Assembly: GCA_040752415.1 (NCBI GenBank)
Contig: JBFMGU010000186.1
Location: 1-21,181, forward strand
Source of the DNA: Myxococcota bacterium
GTDB taxonomy: Bacteria > Myxococcota > JACRCW01
Direction: 5' to 3'
DNA: 21,181 bases
Shown piece after piece: positions 10,589-18,622 of this stretch (position 1 is the first letter of the stretch; the number at the start of each line of letters is the position of its first letter). The position numbers were made by a program, and so were the translations under genes. A model generated the notes under the pieces. The model had not been told where the DNA came from and did no database searches. It worked only from the letters and a program-made list of their open reading frames with translations.

Positions 10589-12775
10589 TCACGGTGCGGT
10601 CACGCGCACCGCGTTGTTCCCCGCGCCCAGCCCGTCCAGGAAGTCCGCCGCGGTCTGCTGTGCCTGGTCCACCGGGTTCTGGATGACCATCGTCGACGGA
10701 CGGTCCACGAACGGCGGGAATCCAACGTCGACCTCGCTGTCTTCCTGGCGACGTGTCAGCACGCCGTGTGTGGCGGGATGGAACTGCACGTACGCCACGG
10801 TGGCGCCGTTCACGTTGCCCCGCAGCGGCGCGTCGACGACCGGCATCCTTCCGTAACGCAGCTCGGGCCGGTCGGCGTGACGGAGGGCGTGCGCACCTGC
10901 CTGCATGGCCATGGACTCCTCGGCCTGGTTGGGCACCGCCTCGTCGGAGAAGGGGGCGATGAAGAGGACATTGCGCGCCGGATGGCCGCCGGGGAAACGC
11001 GCCAGCAGCGGAGCGAACGCCGCCGGATCCGCGACGTCGATGGCGTTCTGGTAGAGCTGCAGCTTCCACTCGCGCTCGGGCGGGAAGGCCTCGTAGTTCA
11101 CGGTGAGGTCGGGGTTGAGCGAGTCCCGCAGCGCCAGGTTCTGGTACAGGAACAGGCCGAACGGCGGGCCATACTGCGGACTGTTCATCAGCAGATCCAC
11201 GACGAGACCACCACCTCCCACGCTGAACACCGCGCCGGTGATGCGCGGCTCCATGGCCACAATGGGCACGCCGTGAATGGACCCGTAGCTCTCGCTGGCC
11301 CAGTAGACGCGCGCCGGATCAAACCCCAGTCCCGCGAACCCGGTCAGCCCGTCGACGAGAGGCGCCTTTTCTCCGTCGAGGATCGCCCGCACGAAGCCGA
11401 ACACGTCGGCGTGTCCCTGGCGCAGGCTGTCGCGCACGATCGTCGGGGCCATGGGCTGCAGGCCGGGTGTGTCGCTGGTGATGCCGAGTGAGCGAAGCGC
11501 GTGATCCAGGCCTGCGCTGTCGCCGATTCCGTCGGGCTGGTTGTCTCCGGTGATGTTGTTCTTGGCGTCGCGGGCGGGCAGGGGCGGGGTGCGGCTTCCG
11601 TGGAAGGGCAGGTCAATGCCGGCCACCGCGTATCCTCGTCGACAGAATTCCTCCGCAATCACCAGGACCTCGCTCCGCTGGCCGCCGAGGCCGTGCTGGT
11701 AGACGAGGAGGGGCAGGGCGCTGACGTCGGTGACGGTGTTGGGAAGGACCAGCGTGAACAGGATGTCCTCGTAGCCCTTCACGACGGGCGCGCCGTTCGC
11801 GTCGAACTCCATGACGCCGTTGAAGCCCGCCACGGCGGAGTTGAACAGCGGCGCACGGAACGTCCCGTGGATCACCTGCGCCACCGACGCGTGTGGCACC
11901 GCACCGTCTTTCACGCCAAGGCCAGTGAACGAAGGAACGCCGAAGAGACGGTCCAGGTCGTAGCCCTGCTTGGGGAAGACGTCGGTGCGCACCAGCGTCG
12001 GCGAGGGCTCTGCGTAGACGGCGTTGCGCAGCGCCTGCAGCTCCACCTCCGCTTTCTCGATCGTGAACACCGTCGCCACGGCCACCTCGGCGGGCGCCAC
12101 TTGCAACGTTTCCAGCTCGGCCAGAAGGTCCTGCACCATGGCGTGGGCCGGGGCACAGCCTGTGAAGAGGAACGGCAGCTCATCGCGCGGGCACACGCCC
12201 AGCAGCGCCCTGGTTCCCTCGCTGGCGCGCACGGGTTGTCCGTCCTCGCCGGTGATCTTCGTCGTCACCACGCCGGCGTATTTCTCTCCGCCCAACAGGC
12301 GCTGGCCGTAGTCCGGCGACAGGAACAGCCTCCGCTCGTCGGCGCGGTAGGCCACGCGCGCGGGAATGCGCTGACCCTTGTGCGGACCGCTGATGCCCAG
12401 GATGAACGCCGCGGTACCCTGCGCGGACGCCTCCGCCGACGCCGGCAACGACGACACCGCGAGCGGCTTGTCGAACGTGAACATCACCGCGGCGGTGCCG
12501 CTGAAGCCGTGGCGCTCCGCCAACGCGGCGGCCAGTCGCTCGTGGAAGGGCTTGGTGTCGACGTCACGGTCCTCACCGAAGTCCGGCAGCAGCACGGAGA
12601 CGCGGCCATCCTTCCGCGCCAGGTCGGTGGGCCAGGGATACTGGGTGACGTCGAGCGGGAGGCTGGGCTCCGGGGCGCCGTGGATGCCCATGGGACCGGT
12701 GCCCTCGGGTTGGGAGCGCGGACACGCGAGCGTGGCAAGCAGCAGGAGAACGGATGCGCAGCGGATCATCGGCAT
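10589..12775 (-). CDS. Lipoprotein alpha/beta-hydrolase (extracellular lipase/phospholipase, Pla-1/cef-like)
   Basis: ATG 12775 (or 12769) gives MPMIRCASVLLLLATLAC (lipobox TLAC). Motifs LLVYQHGLGG, GIDLPFHGSR, nucleophile elbow WASESYGSIHG, candidate acid FSDEAVPN and candidate His ATHGVL. The upstream part of the 1507-aa track ORF is antisense to slt. Confidence 0.78.
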   Translation of the reverse strand: MPMIRCASVLLLLATLACPRSQPEGTGPMGIHGAPEPSLPLDVTQYPWPTDLARKDGRVSVLLPDFGEDRDVDTKPFHERLAAALAERHGFSGTAAVMFTFDKPLAVSSLPASAEASAQGTAAFILGISGPHKGQRIPARVAYRADERRLFLSPDYGQRLLGGEKYAGVVTTKITGEDGQPVRASEGTRALLGVCPRDELPFLFTGCAPAHAMVQDLLAELETLQVAPAEVAVATVFTIEKAEVELQALRNAVYAEPSPTLVRTDVFPKQGYDLDRLFGVPSFTGLGVKDGAVPHASVAQVIHGTFRAPLFNSAVAGFNGVMEFDANGAPVVKGYEDILFTLVLPNTVTDVSALPLLVYQHGLGGQRSEVLVIAEEFCRRGYAVAGIDLPFHGSRTPPLPARDAKNNITGDNQPDGIGDSAGLDHALRSLGITSDTPGLQPMAPTIVRDSLRQGHADVFGFVRAILDGEKAPLVDGLTGFAGLGFDPARVYWASESYGSIHGVPIVAMEPRITGAVFSVGGGGLVVDLLMNSPQYGPPFGLFLYQNLALRDSLNPDLTVNYEAFPPEREWKLQLYQNAIDVADPAAFAPLLARFPGGHPARNVLFIAPFSDEAVPNQAEESMAMQAGAHALRHADRPELRYGRMPVVDAPLRGNVNGATVAYVQFHPATHGVLTRRQEDSEVDVGFPPFVDRPSTMVIQNPVDQAQQTAADFLDGLGAGNNAVRVTAP

Positions 12776-12910
12776 GGCACGCGGCAACGTAGCAGAGGCT
12801 TGACCCAGCCTGGTGCACCGGAGCCCTGATGACGTCGGACAAGGCGGACGTGGGCTGGTTCTTGAGCCAGGAAATAGCGATGTCGCGAGGCCGTTGGTAG
12901 CGTCCCACCC

Positions 12911-15265
12911 GTGCGACGGAAGAGCCTTGCCCTGAGCACCGTGTTGCTCCTGGCCCTGGGGGGACCTGCGGCCCAGGGTCGTCCCCGTCCGCCACCGCCT
13001 CCCAGCGCGGAGGAGTTCGAGCCCACCGCGGAATCCAACGACGACATCGAGGACCTGGAAGGCGCGGTGGGGCTCACCAATGCGGCCCAGCTCTACCGCA
13101 AGCGGGACTACCGCGGCGCCCTCGCCGAGCTCGCCGTTTTCGTCGGGACCAATCCGCACAGTCCGCACCTGGCGCGCGCGCGGTTCGTGATGGCGCAATG
13201 CCTGCGTGAGCAGAAGCGGTTCGAGGACGCGGCGGCCATCTACGCTGACCTGGTGCGCGTCTACCCGCTCATGGCCGACGACAGCCTGTTCGAGCTGGGC
13301 AAGACGCGGAGCGCGCTGGGCGATCATGGCGGCGCCGCGGAAGCCCTGGCACGCATCAGCCGTGAGTACCCTCGTTACGGCGAGGCGCAGCGGCTCATGG
13401 CGTGGTCGCTGTACAAGGCCGGCTCCCACGAGGAGCTCGTCAAACGCCTCGGCCAGGCCGACGAGGAGGGCGCGGTCCGCACCCCGGAGCAGCGTTATGT
13501 CCTGGGTCTCTCCCGCCTGGCCCTTGGCGACGGAGCCAGTGCCGCCGCCGACTTCCGCGCCGCGCTCATCGGTGCGCCGTTGACGTCGCTGGCTGCTCGC
13601 TCGCTGGACAAGCTGGTGGGCATCTCCGTCGAGGGGAAGAACGTCTACAAGGAGTCGGAGCGCAAGGCCGTGGCCGCCAGCCTGCCGCGTCTTTCCGCCG
13701 CCGAGCCCGAGGCCATGCCGCGCGCGTTGGCGGAGCTGGAGGGCAGGTTGGGACCGGGGCGTCTCCTCGGCGAGGTGCGCTTCGCGCGGGGTGAGGCGCT
13801 GTTGGTGTTGGGACAGCTCAGCGTGGCGGAGGGCTCGTTCCTGGATGCGTACAAGGCGTTGTCGTCGGATCCCGCGCTGCGCTCCCGCGCCAAGCTGCGT
13901 GCCGCCGACGCTGCGCGCATGCAGAACCGCTTCGGTCGCGCGCTGGAGCACTACCGCACCGCACGGGAGAGCCCCTACGACGTCGACGTGGAAGCCGCGC
14001 TCTTCGGCGTCAGTGAGATGGCCTCCCGCCTCACCCGCTACGACGAGGCGCGCCAGGCCCTGCACGAGCTGCTGGTGCTCAATCCGCTGACGCGCAGCCG
14101 GCCGCGTGCGTTGTGGTCCTTGGGCTGGATTGAGTACCGCGCGGGGAACATGGACGGTGCGCGGCAGTTCTTCCGCAGTCTCGTCGAGGAGGGTGTGCGC
14201 GGTGGCGTGGGCAGTGGTGAGCCGCGCGCGTTGTACTGGATGGGACGCACCAGTGAGCGGCTGGGTGATCGGGCGGATGCGCAGCGCGTGTATGAGCGCG
14301 TCGTCAATGAGTACCCGGTGAGCTACTACGCCGGCCTCGCCGAGCAGCGCCTGTTGGGCATGGAATTGCCGTCGGATCCGTGGCCGCAGACCATGGTGCG
14401 TCCCGCGTCGGAGTCGCACGCGTGTCCCGGTCCGGCGCCGGGTCGGGGTGCGCTGCCAGGTGCCTCCGACGCGCAGCTCCTCCGCGCCAAGGAATTCGTC
14501 CGTCTCGGATTGCTCGACGAGGCGCGCCAGGCCCTGGATGGGTTCAGCGCGCGCGTCACGCCGTCGACCAACGAGGAGGACCAGCTCGCCGCGCAGTTCC
14601 AGCCCCGTCCCGCGGACCTCGAGGAGGCGGTGGCGCTCAACCAGCAGCTTGGGCGTGGCAAGGAGGCGTTCACGCTGCGTCAGTTGCAGGTGGAAGGCTT
14701 CCTCCCCGCGCGCTCCCTCGACGTCCTCACCGACCACCTCCACCGCAGCCACCCGCGCAAGTTCGCCGTCTACATCGAGAGCAACGCACAGAAGCAGGGC
14801 GTGAACCCGCTGCTGGTCTACGCGCTCACGCGCACGGAGAGTCGTTTCCGTCCGGAAGTGGTCTCCAACGCCGACGCGCACGGCCTCATGCAGCTCATCC
14901 CCGAGACCGCCGCGGTCATGGCCGCGGATCTCGGGCTGTCCCCGCCCAGCCGCGTGGCGCTGCACAACCCGGAGCTCAACGTGCGGCTCGGGACCGTGTA
15001 CCTGCGCCGGCTGCTGCGTCGCTTTGGCGGTGAGCCCGTCTACGCCCTGGCCGGCTACAACGCGGGTCCCCAGGCGGTGGAGCGCTGGCAGCGGGAGCGC
15101 GGAACCGGGCAAGTGGATGAATTTGTTGAGGAAATCCCGTTCGATGAAACGCGGCTCTACGTGAAGAAGGTGCTGGCCAGCTACCGCATCTACGAGCGCC
15201 TCTACGGGGACCCCGGCTCCCGCGCCATCCCCCGGAAGCGCGACGCCATGGCGGCGGCGGAATGA
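12911..15265 (+). CDS. slt: Soluble lytic murein transglycosylase with N-terminal TPR-like helical repeats (Slt70-like)
   Basis: Signal peptide MRRKSLALSTVLLLALGGPAAQG and TPR-like repeats. SLT motifs RTESRF (catalytic Glu), GLMQLIPETA, AGYNAGP and IPFDETRLYVKKV. Confidence 0.92.
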   Translation: MRRKSLALSTVLLLALGGPAAQGRPRPPPPPSAEEFEPTAESNDDIEDLEGAVGLTNAAQLYRKRDYRGALAELAVFVGTNPHSPHLARARFVMAQCLREQKRFEDAAAIYADLVRVYPLMADDSLFELGKTRSALGDHGGAAEALARISREYPRYGEAQRLMAWSLYKAGSHEELVKRLGQADEEGAVRTPEQRYVLGLSRLALGDGASAAADFRAALIGAPLTSLAARSLDKLVGISVEGKNVYKESERKAVAASLPRLSAAEPEAMPRALAELEGRLGPGRLLGEVRFARGEALLVLGQLSVAEGSFLDAYKALSSDPALRSRAKLRAADAARMQNRFGRALEHYRTARESPYDVDVEAALFGVSEMASRLTRYDEARQALHELLVLNPLTRSRPRALWSLGWIEYRAGNMDGARQFFRSLVEEGVRGGVGSGEPRALYWMGRTSERLGDRADAQRVYERVVNEYPVSYYAGLAEQRLLGMELPSDPWPQTMVRPASESHACPGPAPGRGALPGASDAQLLRAKEFVRLGLLDEARQALDGFSARVTPSTNEEDQLAAQFQPRPADLEEAVALNQQLGRGKEAFTLRQLQVEGFLPARSLDVLTDHLHRSHPRKFAVYIESNAQKQGVNPLLVYALTRTESRFRPEVVSNADAHGLMQLIPETAAVMAADLGLSPPSRVALHNPELNVRLGTVYLRRLLRRFGGEPVYALAGYNAGPQAVERWQRERGTGQVDEFVEEIPFDETRLYVKKVLASYRIYERLYGDPGSRAIPRKRDAMAAAE

Positions 15266-17340
15266 CGGGGTGGTGGGCTAACATGCCCGGCCGCATGCAC
15301 GCGCTCCGACTGCCACTGGCCTTGTCCCTGGTGCTCTTCTCCTTCGCCGCCGGCTGTGGAGGCTGCGGTCAGACTCCCGGAACGTGCGAGTCCAGCGACC
15401 AATGCGCCGCCGGGGAGTCGTGCGTGAACGGCGCGTGCACCACGGAAGGCAGCAGCTCCGGTTTGACGGCGAGCAGCAGCAGCAGCGGCGGCCTGGTCTA
15501 CTGCGACCTCGACAGCGAGTGCACCGCCGAGGAGTACTGCAACCAGACCATCCACGCGTGCGTCTCCAAGCATGACTGCGACACCGAGGCGGACTGCGAC
15601 CCCGGCCAGGAATGCCGCGACTTCGACGACCCGCCCGATGGCTTCCGCGAATGCGGCTACCCGGGCTGCAATGACGACGAGGATTGCGAGAAGGAGCTGG
15701 GTGACTGCGGGGAGGGGCAGCGTGCGCGGTGTCGGGCCCGTGCCTGCGTGTGTGAGGGCGCGTGCGGCGGCGACTGTCCGACGGGGAATCTGTGCTGCGG
15801 ACTGGAGCCGTCGTCGCAATGTGGAGATCAGCCCTGCTGCATTGCGGACCCGGGTCCCTGTCCCGACCAGGTGTGCTCGCCGGGCTTCGAGCCCAACTCG
15901 GCCACGGGCGCGTGGAGCGTGGACCTGTGCAACTACCTGAACACCCAGTGCGGCTGTCAGGAGCTGCCCGCGTTGCCGCTTGGTGACGTCGGGAATCCGT
16001 CCTCCATTGGCATGGATGGGACGGGGAAGCTCTGGGTGCTGGCGTACAACTCCACCTACGGCGACCTGATGCTCGGCGAGGTGCAGACCGACCGCAGCGT
16101 GGACTGGACGTTCCTCGACGGAGTTCCCGTGGGCGGCGCGGTGACCGGTGGGCCTTCCGGGCCGCGTGGCGGAGTCGCCGAGCCCGGTCCCGACGTCGGG
16201 AAGTACCTGGACATGGCGGTGGCCTCCGACGGCACCGTTCATGCTGTGTACCAGGACAGCACGAACGGGATCCTGAAGTACGCCCGCGTGGAGCAGGGGA
16301 ACGTCACGCGCTTCACGTTGGACAACGAGCGGGAGACGGGTGTGTACCCCACCATCGCGCTGGACCCGAGTGGGGCGCCGCGCGTGGCGTGGTTGGCCCG
16401 TCGTGTCGACGTGGGCGGGACGCCGTACGGACGCCTCAAGCTGTCCGCCGCGCGCGACGCCACGCCGGGCGGGGTCACCGACTTCGTGGTGCACGTGCTC
16501 AAGGAGGTGGATCTCACCACCGTGCCGTGTGAGGGCGGCTGTGCGGAGGGATACAAGTGCGCGTCGGCGGAGGCGCCGGCCATCCCCACCTGTGAGGAGG
16601 AGCTCGACGACAGCGCGTGCTCGGCGGACTGCGGGACGGGCGCGTTCTGCTCCGCGGGTGGCTGCGTGGATGAGCACGCGGGGTCCAATCTCCGCGGCAT
16701 CCCCGAGGGGCCGGGCGTGTGGCCCTCGCTGGCCATCCGCGCCGACGGGAAGCCCATCCTTGTCGTGTATGACTCATTTGACGCGGACCTCGTGCTGCAC
16801 ACCACGCAGGGCGGGGACCCGGTGGACTCGACGGAGGCGCGCTTCACCTCGCAGATCCTCGACGGGAACGGCTCCGACGCGGGCTTGTGGCCGCAGGTGG
16901 CGGTGGACGTGTCGGGACAGGCGCACGTGGTGTACGTGCACAACGTGACGCGCGCGCTCCTGCACCAGACGCTGGACGGCACGCTGTCCACCATCTCCAC
17001 GGCCACCGTCGACGACGCGGCGCGCGTGGTGAACAACGCCTCCGACCTGCACCGCCTGGCCGAGCCTGCGCTCAGCATCCGCTCCGACGGCGTGGTGCAG
17101 GTGGCCTACCAGGACGGCACCACCGGGGAGCTGTTGTTCTGCAGCCAGAATGGCAGCGCGTATGACCGGAGCACGCTGGCGGGTGGTGGGACGGGGACGT
17201 CTTTTGACGGTCTCTACGGCTTCTCGACGGACGTGGCGGCCCGTGGCTCGGGCGCGCCGGTTGTTTCCACGTTCAAGAAGCGTCCCGACGCCGTGGACCC
17301 GCAGCCCAGGGGCGAGCTGGTGTTCTTCAATTGGCCGTGA
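15262..17340 (+). CDS. Cys-rich lipoprotein with a beta-propeller-like C-terminal region
   Basis: Lipoprotein-like signal LALSLVLFSFAAGCGGC (Cys codon 15355). Dense CxxDxxC repeats over about 15385-15957. Repeated motifs of the type IALDPSGAPRVAW, LAIRADGKPILVVYD and VAVDVSGQAHVVY. ATG 15262 overlaps the slt stop (ATGA); alternative starts are 15283 and 15295. Confidence 0.8.
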   Translation: MTGWWANMPGRMHALRLPLALSLVLFSFAAGCGGCGQTPGTCESSDQCAAGESCVNGACTTEGSSSGLTASSSSSGGLVYCDLDSECTAEEYCNQTIHACVSKHDCDTEADCDPGQECRDFDDPPDGFRECGYPGCNDDEDCEKELGDCGEGQRARCRARACVCEGACGGDCPTGNLCCGLEPSSQCGDQPCCIADPGPCPDQVCSPGFEPNSATGAWSVDLCNYLNTQCGCQELPALPLGDVGNPSSIGMDGTGKLWVLAYNSTYGDLMLGEVQTDRSVDWTFLDGVPVGGAVTGGPSGPRGGVAEPGPDVGKYLDMAVASDGTVHAVYQDSTNGILKYARVEQGNVTRFTLDNERETGVYPTIALDPSGAPRVAWLARRVDVGGTPYGRLKLSAARDATPGGVTDFVVHVLKEVDLTTVPCEGGCAEGYKCASAEAPAIPTCEEELDDSACSADCGTGAFCSAGGCVDEHAGSNLRGIPEGPGVWPSLAIRADGKPILVVYDSFDADLVLHTTQGGDPVDSTEARFTSQILDGNGSDAGLWPQVAVDVSGQAHVVYVHNVTRALLHQTLDGTLSTISTATVDDAARVVNNASDLHRLAEPALSIRSDGVVQVAYQDGTTGELLFCSQNGSAYDRSTLAGGGTGTSFDGLYGFSTDVAARGSGAPVVSTFKKRPDAVDPQPRGELVFFNWP

Positions 17341-17352
17341 GTCCGAGGGGCT

Positions 17353-17493
17353 GAGCCAAAGCGGTACTCCATACCGCAGTCCGAAAGTGCCGGACGCTCA
17401 GCTGCGAAGTCGTGACCGGCACGTGCGGCCCACCGTCATGCATGGGAGCGAGGCCGCACCTTCGGACTGCGGTATGAAGTACCGCTTTGGCTC
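17353..17493. repeat. 141-bp nested palindromic element (two inverted ~70-nt units; REP/REPIN- or MITE-like)
   Basis: Outer arms 17353-17390 and 17456-17493 are complementary at 36 of 38 positions. Each unit carries a GCGGTA-N5-TACCGC hairpin and a second GTGC...GCAC hairpin. The centre is GCACGTGC (17419-17426). Confidence 0.85.
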
Positions 17494-17515
17494 GGAAGGA
17501 TTTGTTCTGACTCGG

Positions 17516-17548
17516 AAAGACCGCGTTCCCGTCGTGGGAAGCCCGGTC
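17516..17548 (-). terminator. Possible weak intrinsic terminator after nuoB
   Basis: Interrupted hairpin GACCG..TTCCC/GGGAA..CGGTC (17519-17548) overlapping the nuoB stop, followed by only TTT on the minus strand. Confidence 0.3.
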
Positions 17549-18104
17549 ACGGCAGGATGGCGCGCTTTTCCTTCTGCACCTTGTCCTGCAGCATGATCAG
17601 TGCGTCGAGCACAGCCTCCGGGCGCGGCGGGCAGCCCGGGATGTAGACGTCGACGGGGATGATGTTGTCGATGCCCTGCACCACGGCGTAGTTGTCGTAG
17701 AACCCGCCGCTGGACGCGCAGACACCGAAGCTGATGACCCACTTGGGGTCGCACATCTGCTCCCAGACGCGCTTGAGGGCCGGCGCCTGCTTGTGCGTGA
17801 TGGTCCCGACGACAAACAGCAGGTCCGCCTGACGCGGCGAGAACCGCGGGAACTCCGCGCCAAAGCGCGCAATGTCATAGCGGGGCGCCCACACCGCCAT
17901 GAACTCCATGCCGCAGCACGCCGTCACGAAGGGGTACTGGAAGAAGCTGAACTTGCGCGCCCAGTTCACCGCCGGGCTCGCCACCTCGTTCACCTTCTCC
18001 TTGGCGGCCTGCGCCAGCTTGCCAAAGAAGCCCAGCGCCTCGTCGCGCCGGGTCAGCATGACGTCGTTCTGGACCAGAGCCTCATCACCCTTGAACGTTG
18101 CCAT
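17547..18104 (-). CDS. nuoB: NADH-quinone oxidoreductase subunit B
   Basis: N2 cluster ligands [16 protein letters not shown] and [10 protein letters not shown]; also [26 protein letters not shown]. Starts 3 bp downstream of nuoA. Confidence 0.95.
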   Translation of the reverse strand: MATFKGDEALVQNDVMLTRRDEALGFFGKLAQAAKEKVNEVASPAVNWARKFSFFQYPFVTACCGMEFMAVWAPRYDIARFGAEFPRFSPRQADLLFVVGTITHKQAPALKRVWEQMCDPKWVISFGVCASSGGFYDNYAVVQGIDNIIPVDVYIPGCPPRPEAVLDALIMLQDKVQKEKRAILP

Positions 18105-18107
18105 GCG

Positions 18108-18464
18108 TCACTCCCACTCCAGGGCGCCCTTGCGCCACACGTAGATGAGCCCCACCACCAGCACCGCCACAAACACCGCCATCTCCACCAGGCCAAACAG
18201 GCCCAGCTGCCGGTACATGACGGCCCACGGGTAGAGGAACACCACTTCGATGTCGAAGACGATGAACAGCAGCGCCACGAGGTAGAAGCGCACGCTGAAG
18301 CGCTGACGGGTGGTGCCCACGCTCTCACTGCCGCACTCGAACGGGAGCTGCTTGATCTTGGTGGGCTTCTTGGGGCCAATGAACTGGCTCAGCGCCAGCA
18401 TGGCGCCCGCGACGGCCATGCCCAGCAGGATGAGGAATGCAGCGCCGGCGTAACCTTGATCCAT
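18108..18464 (-). CDS. nuoA: NADH-quinone oxidoreductase subunit A
   Basis: 118 aa from ATG 18464 with three TM helices; [32 protein letters not shown] and C-terminal WRKGALEWE. Confidence 0.95.
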   Translation of the reverse strand: MDQGYAGAAFLILLGMAVAGAMLALSQFIGPKKPTKIKQLPFECGSESVGTTRQRFSVRFYLVALLFIVFDIEVVFLYPWAVMYRQLGLFGLVEMAVFVAVLVVGLIYVWRKGALEWE

Positions 18465-18508
18465 GAGAGAACACCGCCTTGGTCCAACAGGTGGGGACCG
18501 GGCCCGGT

Positions 18509-18586
18509 CTTCTAACCGCATGCGCCGTCAGGGGCAAACGCCTTTGTCCCCGACGGTTGAAGCCGCCCCCGCACCACGCCTATGAA
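18509..18586. promoter_or_regulatory. Putative back-to-back sigma70-like promoters for nuoAB and sdhC, with a central palindrome
   Basis: Plus strand TTGAAG(18557-62)-N18-TATGAA(18581-86). Minus strand TTGCCC(18537-32)-N17-TAGAAG(18514-09). Imperfect palindrome at 18525-18556. Both promoter matches to consensus are only partial. Confidence 0.35.
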
Positions 18587-18622
18587 GCCCTCCCCCCTTC
18601 AGCGCCACAACGACGAGGCGGC

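Noticed and set aside
12776..15112. N-terminal ~780 aa of the 1507-aa minus-strand ORF
   Set aside because: Antisense shadow of the well-supported slt gene with no recognisable motifs. A lipoprotein signal at 12775 marks the real start.
15472..15486. (AGC)5 repeat as a phase-variation tract
   Set aside because: In-frame triplet repeat encoding a poly-Ser linker; slippage would not shift the frame.
17353..17493. CRISPR array or tRNA interpretation of the repeat element
   Set aside because: There are only two units, they are inverted rather than direct, there are no spacers or cas genes, and no tRNA T-loop or cloverleaf is evident.
17150..17754. ORFs 17150-17596 (+) and 17398-17754 (-) crossing the palindromic element
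   Set aside because: They overlap supported genes and show no transposase or other motifs.
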